DNA of 64,000 nt from Sedimentisphaerales bacterium (GTDB lineage: Bacteria > Planctomycetota > Phycisphaerae > Sedimentisphaerales > Anaerobacaceae): assembly GCA_040772485.1 (NCBI GenBank), contig JAXGYC010000015.1, positions 26,090 to 90,089 on the forward strand, in the 5' to 3' direction. The notes under the pieces are model-generated. The model was not told where the DNA came from. It was given only the letters and a program-made list of their open reading frames with translations, and searched no databases. Positions 1-8,573 of this stretch are shown one piece after another. The position numbers and the translations under genes are program-made. Each line of letters opens with the position of its first letter. The first letter of the stretch is position 1.

Positions 1-1
1 C

Positions 2-442
2 ATGGGTTGGTTTGACGACAAAGACACTATGCAGAAGAAGTCCGCGTTGCGAAATGCTGTGGCCGTGATGCTGGCCGACGGCAAGGTGGAGCCGAACGAA
101 GTGGCCACACTGGGCTTCATCTGCAAACGGCTGGGACTGGACCCCAGCGTATTGAATGAGATCGTGGCCAATCCGGGCCAGATCGAGTTCGTCGTCCCTC
201 AGGACCCCACCGAGAAGGTCCGGCAGTTGGCCGACGTGGTGTTCATGATGATGGCCGACGGAAACATCAATCAGAAGGAACTGGATTGCTGCCGGGCGGT
301 GGCGCTGGGTCTCGGATTCCATGCCTCCACGGTCGTGGACGTGATTCTGGGCATTGCCGAAGCAATCAAGAACGGCGTGAACCGCGACCAGACCGTCCGC
401 ATGGCCGAGAACATCCTCGGCAAGAGCCCCTCTCTGGTCTGA
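2..442 (+). CDS. TerB-like (tellurite resistance/DjlA N-terminal fold) protein
   Basis: 146 aa with two A(V/M)MxADG motifs (AVMLADGKVEPNE; MMMADGNINQKE) typical of TerB family. The start lies at the window edge, so upstream context is not visible. Confidence 0.75.
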   Translation: MGWFDDKDTMQKKSALRNAVAVMLADGKVEPNEVATLGFICKRLGLDPSVLNEIVANPGQIEFVVPQDPTEKVRQLADVVFMMMADGNINQKELDCCRAVALGLGFHASTVVDVILGIAEAIKNGVNRDQTVRMAENILGKSPSLV

Positions 443-567
443 GGCTGACGGCGGCGAGAACACGCAATGAAGACGACGGATCTCGGGTTTCGCCACGGGT
501 ATGTGCCCGGGCGGAACCCGCGGTGCGTCCGATGTCACTCTCGGGCCGGCAGGAAAACAGAGGGCCA

Positions 568-1677
568 ATGTCATTACTTCAACCGGGACAGATCATTCGG
601 GACACCTATGAGGTGGAGCGCTACCTGGCGGAGGGCGCGTTTGCGGAGGTCTATCGCGTCAAGCACAGGTTCCTTGGCCGCCAGGCGATGAAGGTGTTCA
701 AACGCACCGGCATGACGCGCGCCGAACTCGATGAGATGATGGCCGAAGCGGTCCTGCTGTCCCGGATCGCCCACCCTAACATCGTGAAGGTATTCGATGC
801 GAACACGGTCGTGACGGAGCGGGGCGAGTGCGGCTACTTCACGATGGAGAACGTTCCCGGTGGCAGTCTGGACAAGTTCTGGCGGTCGCACGGGGCGCAA
901 CTGGTTCCGGTCGAAACCACCGTCGAGATTCTCAAGCAGGTCTGTCGCGGGCTGAGTCTGGCGCACAGCAAGAACCCGCCCATCATTCACCGTGACATCA
1001 AGCCGCAGAACATTCTCATCGGGTACGAGGCCGACGGCCTGCGGGCTCGCATCAGCGACTTCGGTCTGGCCCGGCAGGTCAACCGCCTGACGCTCCTGGC
1101 AACGGCCGCCGGCACGCTGGCGTTCAAACCGCCCGAGGTGTTCACCCAGGCCAAGAGCGACTCCGTGGCCGGCGACATCTGGGCGCTGGGCGTGATGACG
1201 TACATGCTGCTGACCGACAAGATTCCCTTCGAGGTCGACGAACACCTCGGATGGGGCAACGGCCAGGCGCTGCAAACGCCCCCGCCGGCGCCGAGTCTGT
1301 ACAACGTGGAGGCGAACGCCGGCCTGGATCGGATCGTGTTGAAATGCCTTTCGCCCAAGCCGGCCGACCGTTACGCCAGCGCCGCGGAGTTGCTCCAAGC
1401 GCTCGACGCATGGAAACCGGGGGCTTGCGGCCCCGAGCCGTCCGCGTCCTCATCGACGAGCGTATCGCGCTTCTCCAAAAATGCCCTCGGCCCTCTGTCG
1501 GCTGCCGACGAGGAGCAGGCCGAAGCGCTCGTCCGCCGGGCGCTGCGAATCGCCACGGAGCAGGGCAATCTGAACGAGGCGGCGGACATCATGGAGGACG
1601 CGTTCAACAAATGGCCCTCACTGAGAGACAAGTACGCCACGAAGGTCACTCTGTGGCGTCGCGGAATTCAGATGTAG
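568..1677 (+). CDS. Hanks-type Ser/Thr protein kinase with short C-terminal helical tail
   Basis: Start reassigned to ATG 568 (MSLLQPGQ), in frame with track ORF 286..1677. Motifs LAEGAFAEVY, AMK, HRDIKPQN, DFGLA, GTLAFKPPE, DIWALG. No TM segment. Confidence 0.95.
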   Translation: MSLLQPGQIIRDTYEVERYLAEGAFAEVYRVKHRFLGRQAMKVFKRTGMTRAELDEMMAEAVLLSRIAHPNIVKVFDANTVVTERGECGYFTMENVPGGSLDKFWRSHGAQLVPVETTVEILKQVCRGLSLAHSKNPPIIHRDIKPQNILIGYEADGLRARISDFGLARQVNRLTLLATAAGTLAFKPPEVFTQAKSDSVAGDIWALGVMTYMLLTDKIPFEVDEHLGWGNGQALQTPPPAPSLYNVEANAGLDRIVLKCLSPKPADRYASAAELLQALDAWKPGACGPEPSASSSTSVSRFSKNALGPLSAADEEQAEALVRRALRIATEQGNLNEAADIMEDAFNKWPSLRDKYATKVTLWRRGIQM

Positions 1678-1723
1678 ACGAACGCCAAGAGAGGAAAGCC
1701 CTCCACTGAGGAGAAGTCGGGGT

Positions 1724-3349
1724 ATGCTGACCGGGGAATGCCATACGTTGCTGGATATCTGCGGGCCGGACATCTACAGCCGCAACGCCTTTCGATTGCT
1801 CGCAGCGGACGTCGACGCCACCGGACGAAAGATCAAGCGGAACGAGGCGGAACTCCAGTCCGCTCTCGAGGTGGGCGACCTGGCGGAGGAATACGGTGAG
1901 TTTCTCCGGCCCGATCCCCTGCCGAGCCGCGAGGAACTCCTTCAGGCCGGCCGGGTATTGGCAGACGCCAGGCAGCGATTCGTGCACGAGTTTTTCTGGT
2001 TCTGGCCGCTCCAATGGGGCCAAAGCCATGCCGACGAGGCGCTCAAGTGTGTGCAGGCCAACCAGGTGAGCGAAGCGCAGAGGCAATGGGAGGACCTTGC
2101 CGGCGGCGACGGCGAAGCCTCCTGGGCCGCCCGGCACAACCTGGCGATCCTGGGGCACTGGAAGGCGCTGGATCAGGAGCGAGAGATTCTGACGTCGATC
2201 AACCTTGGTGGGTTGCCAGAACAGACCCGCCGGCAGTTCGATTCCCACTGGGACTTCGCCTTTAGGTACTGGGAATCGCTCTGCGCCAACGAGGAATTCT
2301 GGTCGCTTCTGGCCGACCGGATTGGCGCGCTGAACGATCCGCGTCTGACCGTGGGATTTCTGCGCGACTTCTCCCAGTGGCTGCCCATCGCGTTTGACAA
2401 CATCAACGCCGACCTGGCGGTGGCTTATTGCGATCGCCAGATGTACGACCGGGCGCGAGACCACATCCGGATCATGAAGGCGACGAACGCGGGGCACGAC
2501 GACGTCGACGCCAGTCTGCGGCGCGTGACCAGACCGCTCAACGGCCGCATCGACCATGCCATCGAAACGGCCACCTACCAACTGCACAACAACAAGACCG
2601 CCGGAAAGCAGCGCTGCATCGAGCTGTTCAACACGGTCGGTCACATCCTGGATGTTCTCGAGGTGCTGCTCGGCAGCGAATCGCAGGAGTTCACCGAGAC
2701 GTGCGACCGCGTGGCCGAGAGCATGCTCCAATGCCAGGTCGTCTACGGCAACGAGACCCAGGACTGGGCCAGTTCGCTCGAACTGCTGGACACCACGCTG
2801 CAGATCGCCCGCGGAAGCCGGATGCGCGCCCGCCTCGAAGAGAACCTCGAAATCGTGCGCCAGAACCGACAGGGGGACCTCTGCTGGTTCTGCGAAAGCT
2901 GCCCGAAGGAGAACGAACACGCCGTCCCGGTGCCGTTGAGGAAACCCGTCACGTGGGCGGACGTCAAGAGCAATCCGGCGTTGTACCGCGACGCCATCCT
3001 TGTGACCGCCGGACGGTTGCACTTGCAGTTCTCCGGCGGCCTGACCGGTCCGATGGACCCCATGGGAATGATCGTCGTCCCGCAGTTCAGGAGAGCAATC
3101 GACAGCGGAGATATTCACGCCATCGTGCGCGCCGTTGATCCGTACATCCAGGACTCCGTCGAGGTGACGAGCCAGCCGCTGACGATGCTGGTTCCCCGAT
3201 GCCATACGTGTGCGGCCGTCCATGCGGGATCCGCCGCCGGCGGACGCGGAGAACGAGTGAAGACAGGCAACACCAGACCGCTGGACCACCTCCAGTTGTG
3301 GCCCGACGTCGTCAAGGCCAAACAGGACGGATTTCACGTTGTCGCGTAG
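1724..3349 (+). CDS. Hsp70-associated helical protein with degenerate J-domain-like N-terminus and Cys-rich (Zn-binding?) C-terminal region
   Basis: GAGGAG RBS. N-terminus YSRNAFRLLAADVDATGRKIKR...RPDP...EELLQAGRVLADARQR resembles J-domain helices; TPR-like middle; CWFCESC and PRCHTCAAVH motifs. Confidence 0.6.
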   Translation: MLTGECHTLLDICGPDIYSRNAFRLLAADVDATGRKIKRNEAELQSALEVGDLAEEYGEFLRPDPLPSREELLQAGRVLADARQRFVHEFFWFWPLQWGQSHADEALKCVQANQVSEAQRQWEDLAGGDGEASWAARHNLAILGHWKALDQEREILTSINLGGLPEQTRRQFDSHWDFAFRYWESLCANEEFWSLLADRIGALNDPRLTVGFLRDFSQWLPIAFDNINADLAVAYCDRQMYDRARDHIRIMKATNAGHDDVDASLRRVTRPLNGRIDHAIETATYQLHNNKTAGKQRCIELFNTVGHILDVLEVLLGSESQEFTETCDRVAESMLQCQVVYGNETQDWASSLELLDTTLQIARGSRMRARLEENLEIVRQNRQGDLCWFCESCPKENEHAVPVPLRKPVTWADVKSNPALYRDAILVTAGRLHLQFSGGLTGPMDPMGMIVVPQFRRAIDSGDIHAIVRAVDPYIQDSVEVTSQPLTMLVPRCHTCAAVHAGSAAGGRGERVKTGNTRPLDHLQLWPDVVKAKQDGFHVVA

Positions 3350-3373
3350 GGGCGAATGATTATTCGCCCCTAC
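3346..3373. repeat. GTAG-type REP palindrome, family A
   Basis: gtaggggcgaatgattattcgcccctac; its TAG is the stop codon of 1724..3349. Confidence 0.9.
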
Positions 3374-3391
3374 TTCGAGGAACAGACGGCT

Positions 3392-3889
3392 ATGCGAAAA
3401 TCCACGCGATCGAGAAGCAAAAGAGCCAAGGCCCAGAAGAAGAACGAACCTCGCGGCACAACGCAAAGCCGTCACTCGTCGCTGGTCGCTCGTGGCCCGA
3501 GCGACCAGCGACCAGCGACGAGCGACGGGCCGCCAGACGCTCGCGAGTTGCTCGGTCCGCTGGCGGAAATCGCGACCAACGCCTGGCGGCTGAAGGTCCG
3601 CATGATCGACGCCGAGACGGGCGAGCCGAAAGAGCAAACCAGCAAGCTGTACCGCTTCGTCGAGGGACTGTTCCGGGCGCTGGACGAGGCGGGCATTGCG
3701 GTGGTCGACAAAACGGGAAAGCCCTACGACGAAGGCATGCCGGAGAAGGTTATCAGCTTCGAGCAGACGCCGGGCCTGGCCAGAGAGGAAATCATCGATA
3801 CCGTCCGCCCCACCATCCGCTGGAGAGAGCGCCCGCTCTCCAACGGCGAGATCATCGTGGGACTGCCGGTCATTGGTAGGGGCGAATGA
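3392..3889 (+). CDS. GrpE-like nucleotide exchange factor (truncated type)
   Basis: C-terminal GrpE beta-domain pattern GIAVVDKTGKPYDEG...IIDTVRPTIRW...GEIIVG directly upstream of Hsp70. ATG 3392 follows GAGG; the N-terminus carries a repeat-derived segment. Confidence 0.75.
   Translation: MRKSTRSRSKRAKAQKKNEPRGTTQSRHSSLVARGPSDQRPATSDGPPDARELLGPLAEIATNAWRLKVRMIDAETGEPKEQTSKLYRFVEGLFRALDEAGIAVVDKTGKPYDEGMPEKVISFEQTPGLAREEIIDTVRPTIRWRERPLSNGEIIVGLPVIGRGE
3475..3526. repeat. Heptamer (GCGACCA) hairpin tract inside the GrpE-like CDS
   Basis: 3492-3520 matches 15282-15310 at 28 of 29 nt; both encode GPSDQRPAT. Confidence 0.8.
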
Positions 3890-3903
3890 TGATTCGCCCG
3901 TAC
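3876..3903. repeat. REP family A copy
   Basis: gtaggggcgaatgatgattcgcccgtac; contains the GrpE-like stop codon. Confidence 0.9.
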
Positions 3904-3967
3904 TCCTTTCGGCCTCAGAGGACCGAAGGGACCAAAAGGACCTGAGGCGAATGAGAAAGGGATAGAC

Positions 3968-6439
3968 ATGGGCAAACGAAGCACGATCGATTTCGGCATC
4001 GATCTGGGCACGACCAACAGCGCGATTGCCGTTCTTAACGGGGTCACGCCCGAGATCATCAAGAACAACGATGATCTGGATGTCACGTCTTCGGCGGTGC
4101 ACATCAGCAAACACGGCCAACTGCGTGTGGGCAAACGCGCCCGGCAGCAACTGCTCAGCGAAGCGGCGGAAGGCGACGTATACATCGAGTTCAAGCGGCG
4201 GATGGGAACGGACTACGTCTACGCGTTCCGCAGCGCCGCCGTGAACAAGAGCCCCGAGGAACTGTCGGCCGAGGTCCTCAAGAGTCTGTGCGGCGATGCA
4301 CAGCAGCGACTGGGCGAGGAGGTTGCGGCCGCCGTGATCACGGTTCCGGCCGCCTTCGACCAGAAGCAGTGCGCCGCGACCAAGCGGGCGGCCGAAATGG
4401 TCGGCCTGCGACAGTGTCCGCTCGTACAGGAGCCGGTGGCCGCGGCGCTGGCCTACGGTTTCCAGCTCCGGGCCGAGCGGGAATACTGGCTCGTATACGA
4501 CTTCGGCGGCGGCACCTTCGACGCGGCCCTGATGAAAGCCGACGACGGCATGATCGACGTGGTCAACCACGGCGGCGACAATCATCTCGGCGGCGCCGAC
4601 ATCGACTGGGCTATCGTCGAGAAGATCGTCCTGCCGCGAGTGGCCAAGGAATTCAACTTCCCCGAACTGCACCGCAAGAACTCCCGCTGGCGCACGGCGA
4701 TCGCCCAGATCAAACACGCGGTGGAAGTGGCGAAGATCGAGCTGTCGCGAAGCGAGAAGACCTTCCTGGCCGATTGCCTGGTCAAGGACGCAGGCGGCCA
4801 GACGGTGGAGATCGACTTCCCGTTGACGCGCAGCGAAATCACCGCGGTCGCCACGCCGATCATCATGGAATCGGTGGAGATCTGCAAGCGCGTGCTCAAA
4901 GAGAAGGACCTGACGCCCGCCATGGTCAACAAGGTCATCCTGGTCGGCGGGCCGACGCTGGCGCCCTATTTCCGGGACATCCTTTCCGAGCAGCTCGGCG
5001 TCCCGCTCGATCATTCCATCGACCCGCTGACCGTTGTCGCCCGGGGCGCGGCGGTCTTCGCAGGCACGCAGCGGCTGGTCTGCGAATCCGCCACAGGCGG
5101 ACAGGGCAGCTACCGGCTCGAACTGAAATACAACGCCATCGGCCCGGACGAGGATTTCCGCGTCCGTGGCAAGGTCGCCGCCGAGGGCGAGGACCTCACG
5201 GGGTTCACGATCCGCTTCTCGAACCGGGCGACGGGCTGGGACAGCGGGAAGATCCCTCTGAAGTCCGAGGGGACCTTCAAGGCCGATCTGCTGGCGGAGG
5301 CGGGCACGAGGAACACGTTCGCCATCCAACTGGCGGACGCGAAGGGTACGATCCAGAAAACGGTTCCCGAGGAGTTGGTGTACACCGTCGGTACGGCTCC
5401 TTCTCAACAGACGGTGATCAATTCGCTGGGCGTGGCGCTTCGCGACAACGAGTTCGACATGCTGCTGGAGAAGGGCACGCCGCTTCCGGCCAAACAGATG
5501 CGGGTGTACCGCACGGCCAGGGCACTGCACAAGGAAGACTCGGGAGAGATGCTGAGCATTCCCATCGTCGAAGGCGAAAATCCCAAGGCCGACCGCAACC
5601 GCCTCCAGGCCGTGTTGGCAGTGAAGGGCAACCAGATTCGCCGCGACATTCCTGCGCAATCCGAGGTCGAGGTGACGTTGATGATGGATGAGGATCGCAT
5701 CATCCGCGCGCGAGCCTACATCACCATGCTGGACGAGGAATTCGAGGTCGTCATCACCCCGGAAACCCGGACGCCCGACGCGGCGCGTCTCAAGCGCGAG
5801 CTGAACGAAGAGAAGCAACGGCTGCGTGAGCTGGCCAACAAGGGCGGGCCTTCCACCGCCGTGGCCCAGCAACAGGCGAAGATCGCCAACCTCGAAGAGC
5901 TGGTCGAGACGGCGCAGGGCGACCCCGACGCCGCCAACAAGGCCGAGACGCGGCTTCTCGAACTCAAGGCCAGCCTCGACCGGCTGGAAAACGAGTGCAA
6001 CTGGCCCAAGATGGTGCAGGACGCCCGCGCGCAATTGGACGAACTCGACAACGTCGTGTCGCAATTCGGCCGTGACGATCCGGAATTCGCCCGGCGCGCT
6101 GGCGAGCTGCGAACCGAAGTGGAGCAGCTCATCGAAGAGCACCGCGACGACCGTCTGCCCAAGAAGCTCCAGCAGGTGCAGGCGTTGCGCAACGAGGTGC
6201 TGATGTCGAGGGATGAATTCTGGGTCTCGGTGTTCGAGAAGGCCAAGAGCAACAGGACCCAGATGAAGGACCAGACCATGGCGACCCGGCTGATCAGCCA
6301 GGGTGACGCGTGCCTCCAGCGCGGAGACATTCAGCAACTGCGTCAGGTCGTCGCCCAACTGATGGGTCTTCTGCCGGCGAACGTCCAGGACGAAGTCCGC
6401 GACGGATACGAAAGTGGCGTAATCGAGATCGCGCGTTGA
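3968..6439 (+). CDS. Hsp70 family protein (atypical 823 aa DnaK paralogue with long helical C-terminus)
   Basis: GIDLGTTNS, EPVAAALAYG, VYDFGGGTFD, GDNHLGGADID, ILVGG signatures. Too long and divergent to be housekeeping DnaK. Confidence 0.95.
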   Translation: MGKRSTIDFGIDLGTTNSAIAVLNGVTPEIIKNNDDLDVTSSAVHISKHGQLRVGKRARQQLLSEAAEGDVYIEFKRRMGTDYVYAFRSAAVNKSPEELSAEVLKSLCGDAQQRLGEEVAAAVITVPAAFDQKQCAATKRAAEMVGLRQCPLVQEPVAAALAYGFQLRAEREYWLVYDFGGGTFDAALMKADDGMIDVVNHGGDNHLGGADIDWAIVEKIVLPRVAKEFNFPELHRKNSRWRTAIAQIKHAVEVAKIELSRSEKTFLADCLVKDAGGQTVEIDFPLTRSEITAVATPIIMESVEICKRVLKEKDLTPAMVNKVILVGGPTLAPYFRDILSEQLGVPLDHSIDPLTVVARGAAVFAGTQRLVCESATGGQGSYRLELKYNAIGPDEDFRVRGKVAAEGEDLTGFTIRFSNRATGWDSGKIPLKSEGTFKADLLAEAGTRNTFAIQLADAKGTIQKTVPEELVYTVGTAPSQQTVINSLGVALRDNEFDMLLEKGTPLPAKQMRVYRTARALHKEDSGEMLSIPIVEGENPKADRNRLQAVLAVKGNQIRRDIPAQSEVEVTLMMDEDRIIRARAYITMLDEEFEVVITPETRTPDAARLKRELNEEKQRLRELANKGGPSTAVAQQQAKIANLEELVETAQGDPDAANKAETRLLELKASLDRLENECNWPKMVQDARAQLDELDNVVSQFGRDDPEFARRAGELRTEVEQLIEEHRDDRLPKKLQQVQALRNEVLMSRDEFWVSVFEKAKSNRTQMKDQTMATRLISQGDACLQRGDIQQLRQVVAQLMGLLPANVQDEVRDGYESGVIEIAR

Positions 6440-6448
6440 CGGGAGCAT

Positions 6449-7306
6449 ATGTCGGTGACAATGGTCTATGCCGGCCTGACGGACGTCGGGCGAATGCGAG
6501 AGACGAACGAGGATGCGTTCGGCATTGATCGTCAGCTCGGGCTGATGGTCGTCGCAGACGGTCTGGGCGGTCATCCGGCCGGCGAGGTAGCATCGACGTT
6601 CGTCGTCGAGGCGCTGCCGCGCCAACTGGCGATGGGACGTGCCGCCGGCCTGGAGGATGCTCGGGGCCCCGCGCAACTCCTGAGCCAGTCGTTGCTGATT
6701 GTCGCCGAACAGCTTCGTGACATGGGACGTGCGAGGCCGGAACAGGAAGGCATGGGCGCGACAGTCGTGGCCGCCCTGGTCAGCGATGCGGCGCTTCTGG
6801 TCGCCCATCTCGGCGACAGCCGGGCCTACCGGCTTCGCGATAGCCAACTGGAACTGCTGACACGAGACCACAACCTCGGCAATGCCCTGCGCGACGAGGG
6901 CGTGGTCCACGATGGGGCCGAGGACATCCCGGAATACCACGTGCTGCGCCGGTTCGTGGGGATGGACCAGCCGCTGCCGCCGGACGTCGGGACGTTCGAC
7001 CTCCGGCAGCGCGACCGCTATCTGCTGTGCACCGACGGCCTGACGAACATGCTCAGCGAAGCGGAGATCTCCGAGATCCTGGGCGCCGATGCGCCCTGCG
7101 AGGAGCTTTGTCGCCAGATGGTGTCGCGGGCGAACGAGGCCGGCGGATACGACAACATCACCGCGATCGTGGCCCAGGTGCAGTCCGTGCGCGCCGACCA
7201 GGCATCGCCCGGCAAGGTGGCACAGACGATCGCTTCGTTGGACCCGGAGGAATCACTCAGGGAAGGGCGAATGAGTATTCGCCCCTACTGCACGGGGCAT
7301 CATTGA
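6449..7306 (+). CDS. PP2C/PPM-family Ser/Thr protein phosphatase
   Basis: TDVGRMRETNED, VVADGLGGH, MGAT, HLGDSRAY, LLCTDGLT, GGYDNIT motifs. Confidence 0.95.
   Translation: MSVTMVYAGLTDVGRMRETNEDAFGIDRQLGLMVVADGLGGHPAGEVASTFVVEALPRQLAMGRAAGLEDARGPAQLLSQSLLIVAEQLRDMGRARPEQEGMGATVVAALVSDAALLVAHLGDSRAYRLRDSQLELLTRDHNLGNALRDEGVVHDGAEDIPEYHVLRRFVGMDQPLPPDVGTFDLRQRDRYLLCTDGLTNMLSEAEISEILGADAPCEELCRQMVSRANEAGGYDNITAIVAQVQSVRADQASPGKVAQTIASLDPEESLREGRMSIRPYCTGHH
7262..7288. repeat. REP family A copy (in PP2C 3' end)
   Basis: gaagggcgaatgagtattcgcccctac, translated as GRMSIRPY. Confidence 0.8.
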
Positions 7307-7320
7307 AAGGATAAGCGGAT

Positions 7321-8430
7321 ATGGAACCCGAAGCCGGTATCATGCTGGTTTGGTCGCTGGCCGCGATGGAAGCCCAGGCCCTGGGATGGTCGCAGATCGA
7401 GCCGGCCCATCTGTTGTGTGCGATCCTGAAGTTCGCAGAACTGGATGGGACCGATCTGGAACGCCTCGGTCAGACCAATGAGAATCTCGGCAACCTGGCG
7501 CAGGAACACCAGGACTTGAAGGCGCATCTCGACGACCCGTGGGGAATCACGGTGCCCGAGGTTTCCACCCGACTGCGGCGGGCCCTGCGACGACCGGGCG
7601 AAGCTTGCCCTGAGCGCAACCGAAGGGGCCCGCGAGCGCAGTCCGCCACAGGCGGACCGGGAGGGATGGTCCATCGCAGTGACGCCGCACGCGAGGCGTT
7701 TCGGGCCGCGCAGGGCGCGGCCGAACAGGCGGGCCGCCAGCGCCTGGGAGTCGTCGATCTGCTGGGCGCGCTTATGAACGGGTCCGATGAATGGATTCGC
7801 CGCGGACTGGAGCAGCAGGGAATCCCGACGACATCGCAACTGGCCCAGCGCAATGAGGCGATGGAGCAGTGGGCCGACGTGCTGGTCCCGCTGGCACCGT
7901 CCGGCCGGGTCGACGAGGCCGAGAGAAAGCGGATTCTTGCCGATCCTGCGGTGCGCGTGCTGGCCGACGCGTTGGCCAATCCCGGCGCGCCGGGACGGCC
8001 GTGCCTGCTGATTCATGGACCCGACCGCACGGGACATGACGTTCTGATCGATCTGCTCGATCGACGCGGTGAGCGGAAGCCTCCGAAGGTCATCCAGGTG
8101 AACAGCCGGGCGTTGCTGGAACGTCTTTCCCGAGATGGGAACGTCGCCGCCGTCGGGTTTCTGGATTTGCTCTGCGACGAGTCAAATCAGAAGACCATCT
8201 GGTTCTTCGACTCGTTACATCGGTACCTGAGCGAGGAGCTGGCCCCAACCGCCTTCCGGCTGCGTTTTGTCCAGTGGCTCAAGCAGACGAACAGCCGATT
8301 TCTTTTCGCCGTCTCGCAGAGCCAGTACGACAAACTGGCCCAACGAAATTTTGACTGGAAGAACACCTTCCAGCAGATCTGGATTCACAGCCCTTCGGCC
8401 CGCCCTCGCCAGGTGGGTATGGAGTTGTGA
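7321..8430 (+). CDS. Clp N-terminal domain protein with degenerate AAA+ (ClpA/B D1-like) module
   Basis: EAQALGWSQIEPAHLLCAIL and AEQAGRQRLGVVDLLGALM Clp-N repeats. Walker A position reads LLIHGPDRTGHD; Walker B position reads IWFFDSLH. Confidence 0.7.
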   Translation: MEPEAGIMLVWSLAAMEAQALGWSQIEPAHLLCAILKFAELDGTDLERLGQTNENLGNLAQEHQDLKAHLDDPWGITVPEVSTRLRRALRRPGEACPERNRRGPRAQSATGGPGGMVHRSDAAREAFRAAQGAAEQAGRQRLGVVDLLGALMNGSDEWIRRGLEQQGIPTTSQLAQRNEAMEQWADVLVPLAPSGRVDEAERKRILADPAVRVLADALANPGAPGRPCLLIHGPDRTGHDVLIDLLDRRGERKPPKVIQVNSRALLERLSRDGNVAAVGFLDLLCDESNQKTIWFFDSLHRYLSEELAPTAFRLRFVQWLKQTNSRFLFAVSQSQYDKLAQRNFDWKNTFQQIWIHSPSARPRQVGMEL

Positions 8431-8447
8431 CGCTGTGGAAGATGAGA

Positions 8448-8550
8448 GTAAAGATCAAACAGCAAAATGGAAAGATGAGGAACTCATCCGCCGAAGGCGG
8501 ATACCGCCATTTTGATTCTTCCCTTTTGATCTTTGCTTTTTGCCTTTTGT
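8448..8550. repeat. AAAGATCAAA / TTTGATCTTTG inverted tract
   Basis: Same family as 32346-32451; purine-rich arm then pyrimidine-rich arm; may also act as a terminator/pause. Confidence 0.65.
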
Positions 8551-8573
8551 TGTAGTTTGCAGTGAGGTGATCC

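Noticed and set aside
286-567. N-terminal extension of the kinase ORF
   Set aside because: Overlaps the TerB gene out of frame and is low complexity; the kinase fold begins at MSLLQPGQ (568).
3968-6439. Calling this dnaK (and 3392 grpE, 8574 ftsH/clpB)
   Set aside because: Length, domain architecture and context differ from the housekeeping genes, so gene symbols were withheld.
1646-6940. 1764-aa minus-strand ORF
   Set aside because: Antisense shadow of the J-like, GrpE and Hsp70 genes. Long antisense ORFs opposite hsp70 are a known artefact of codon bias, and this one has no protein-like motifs.
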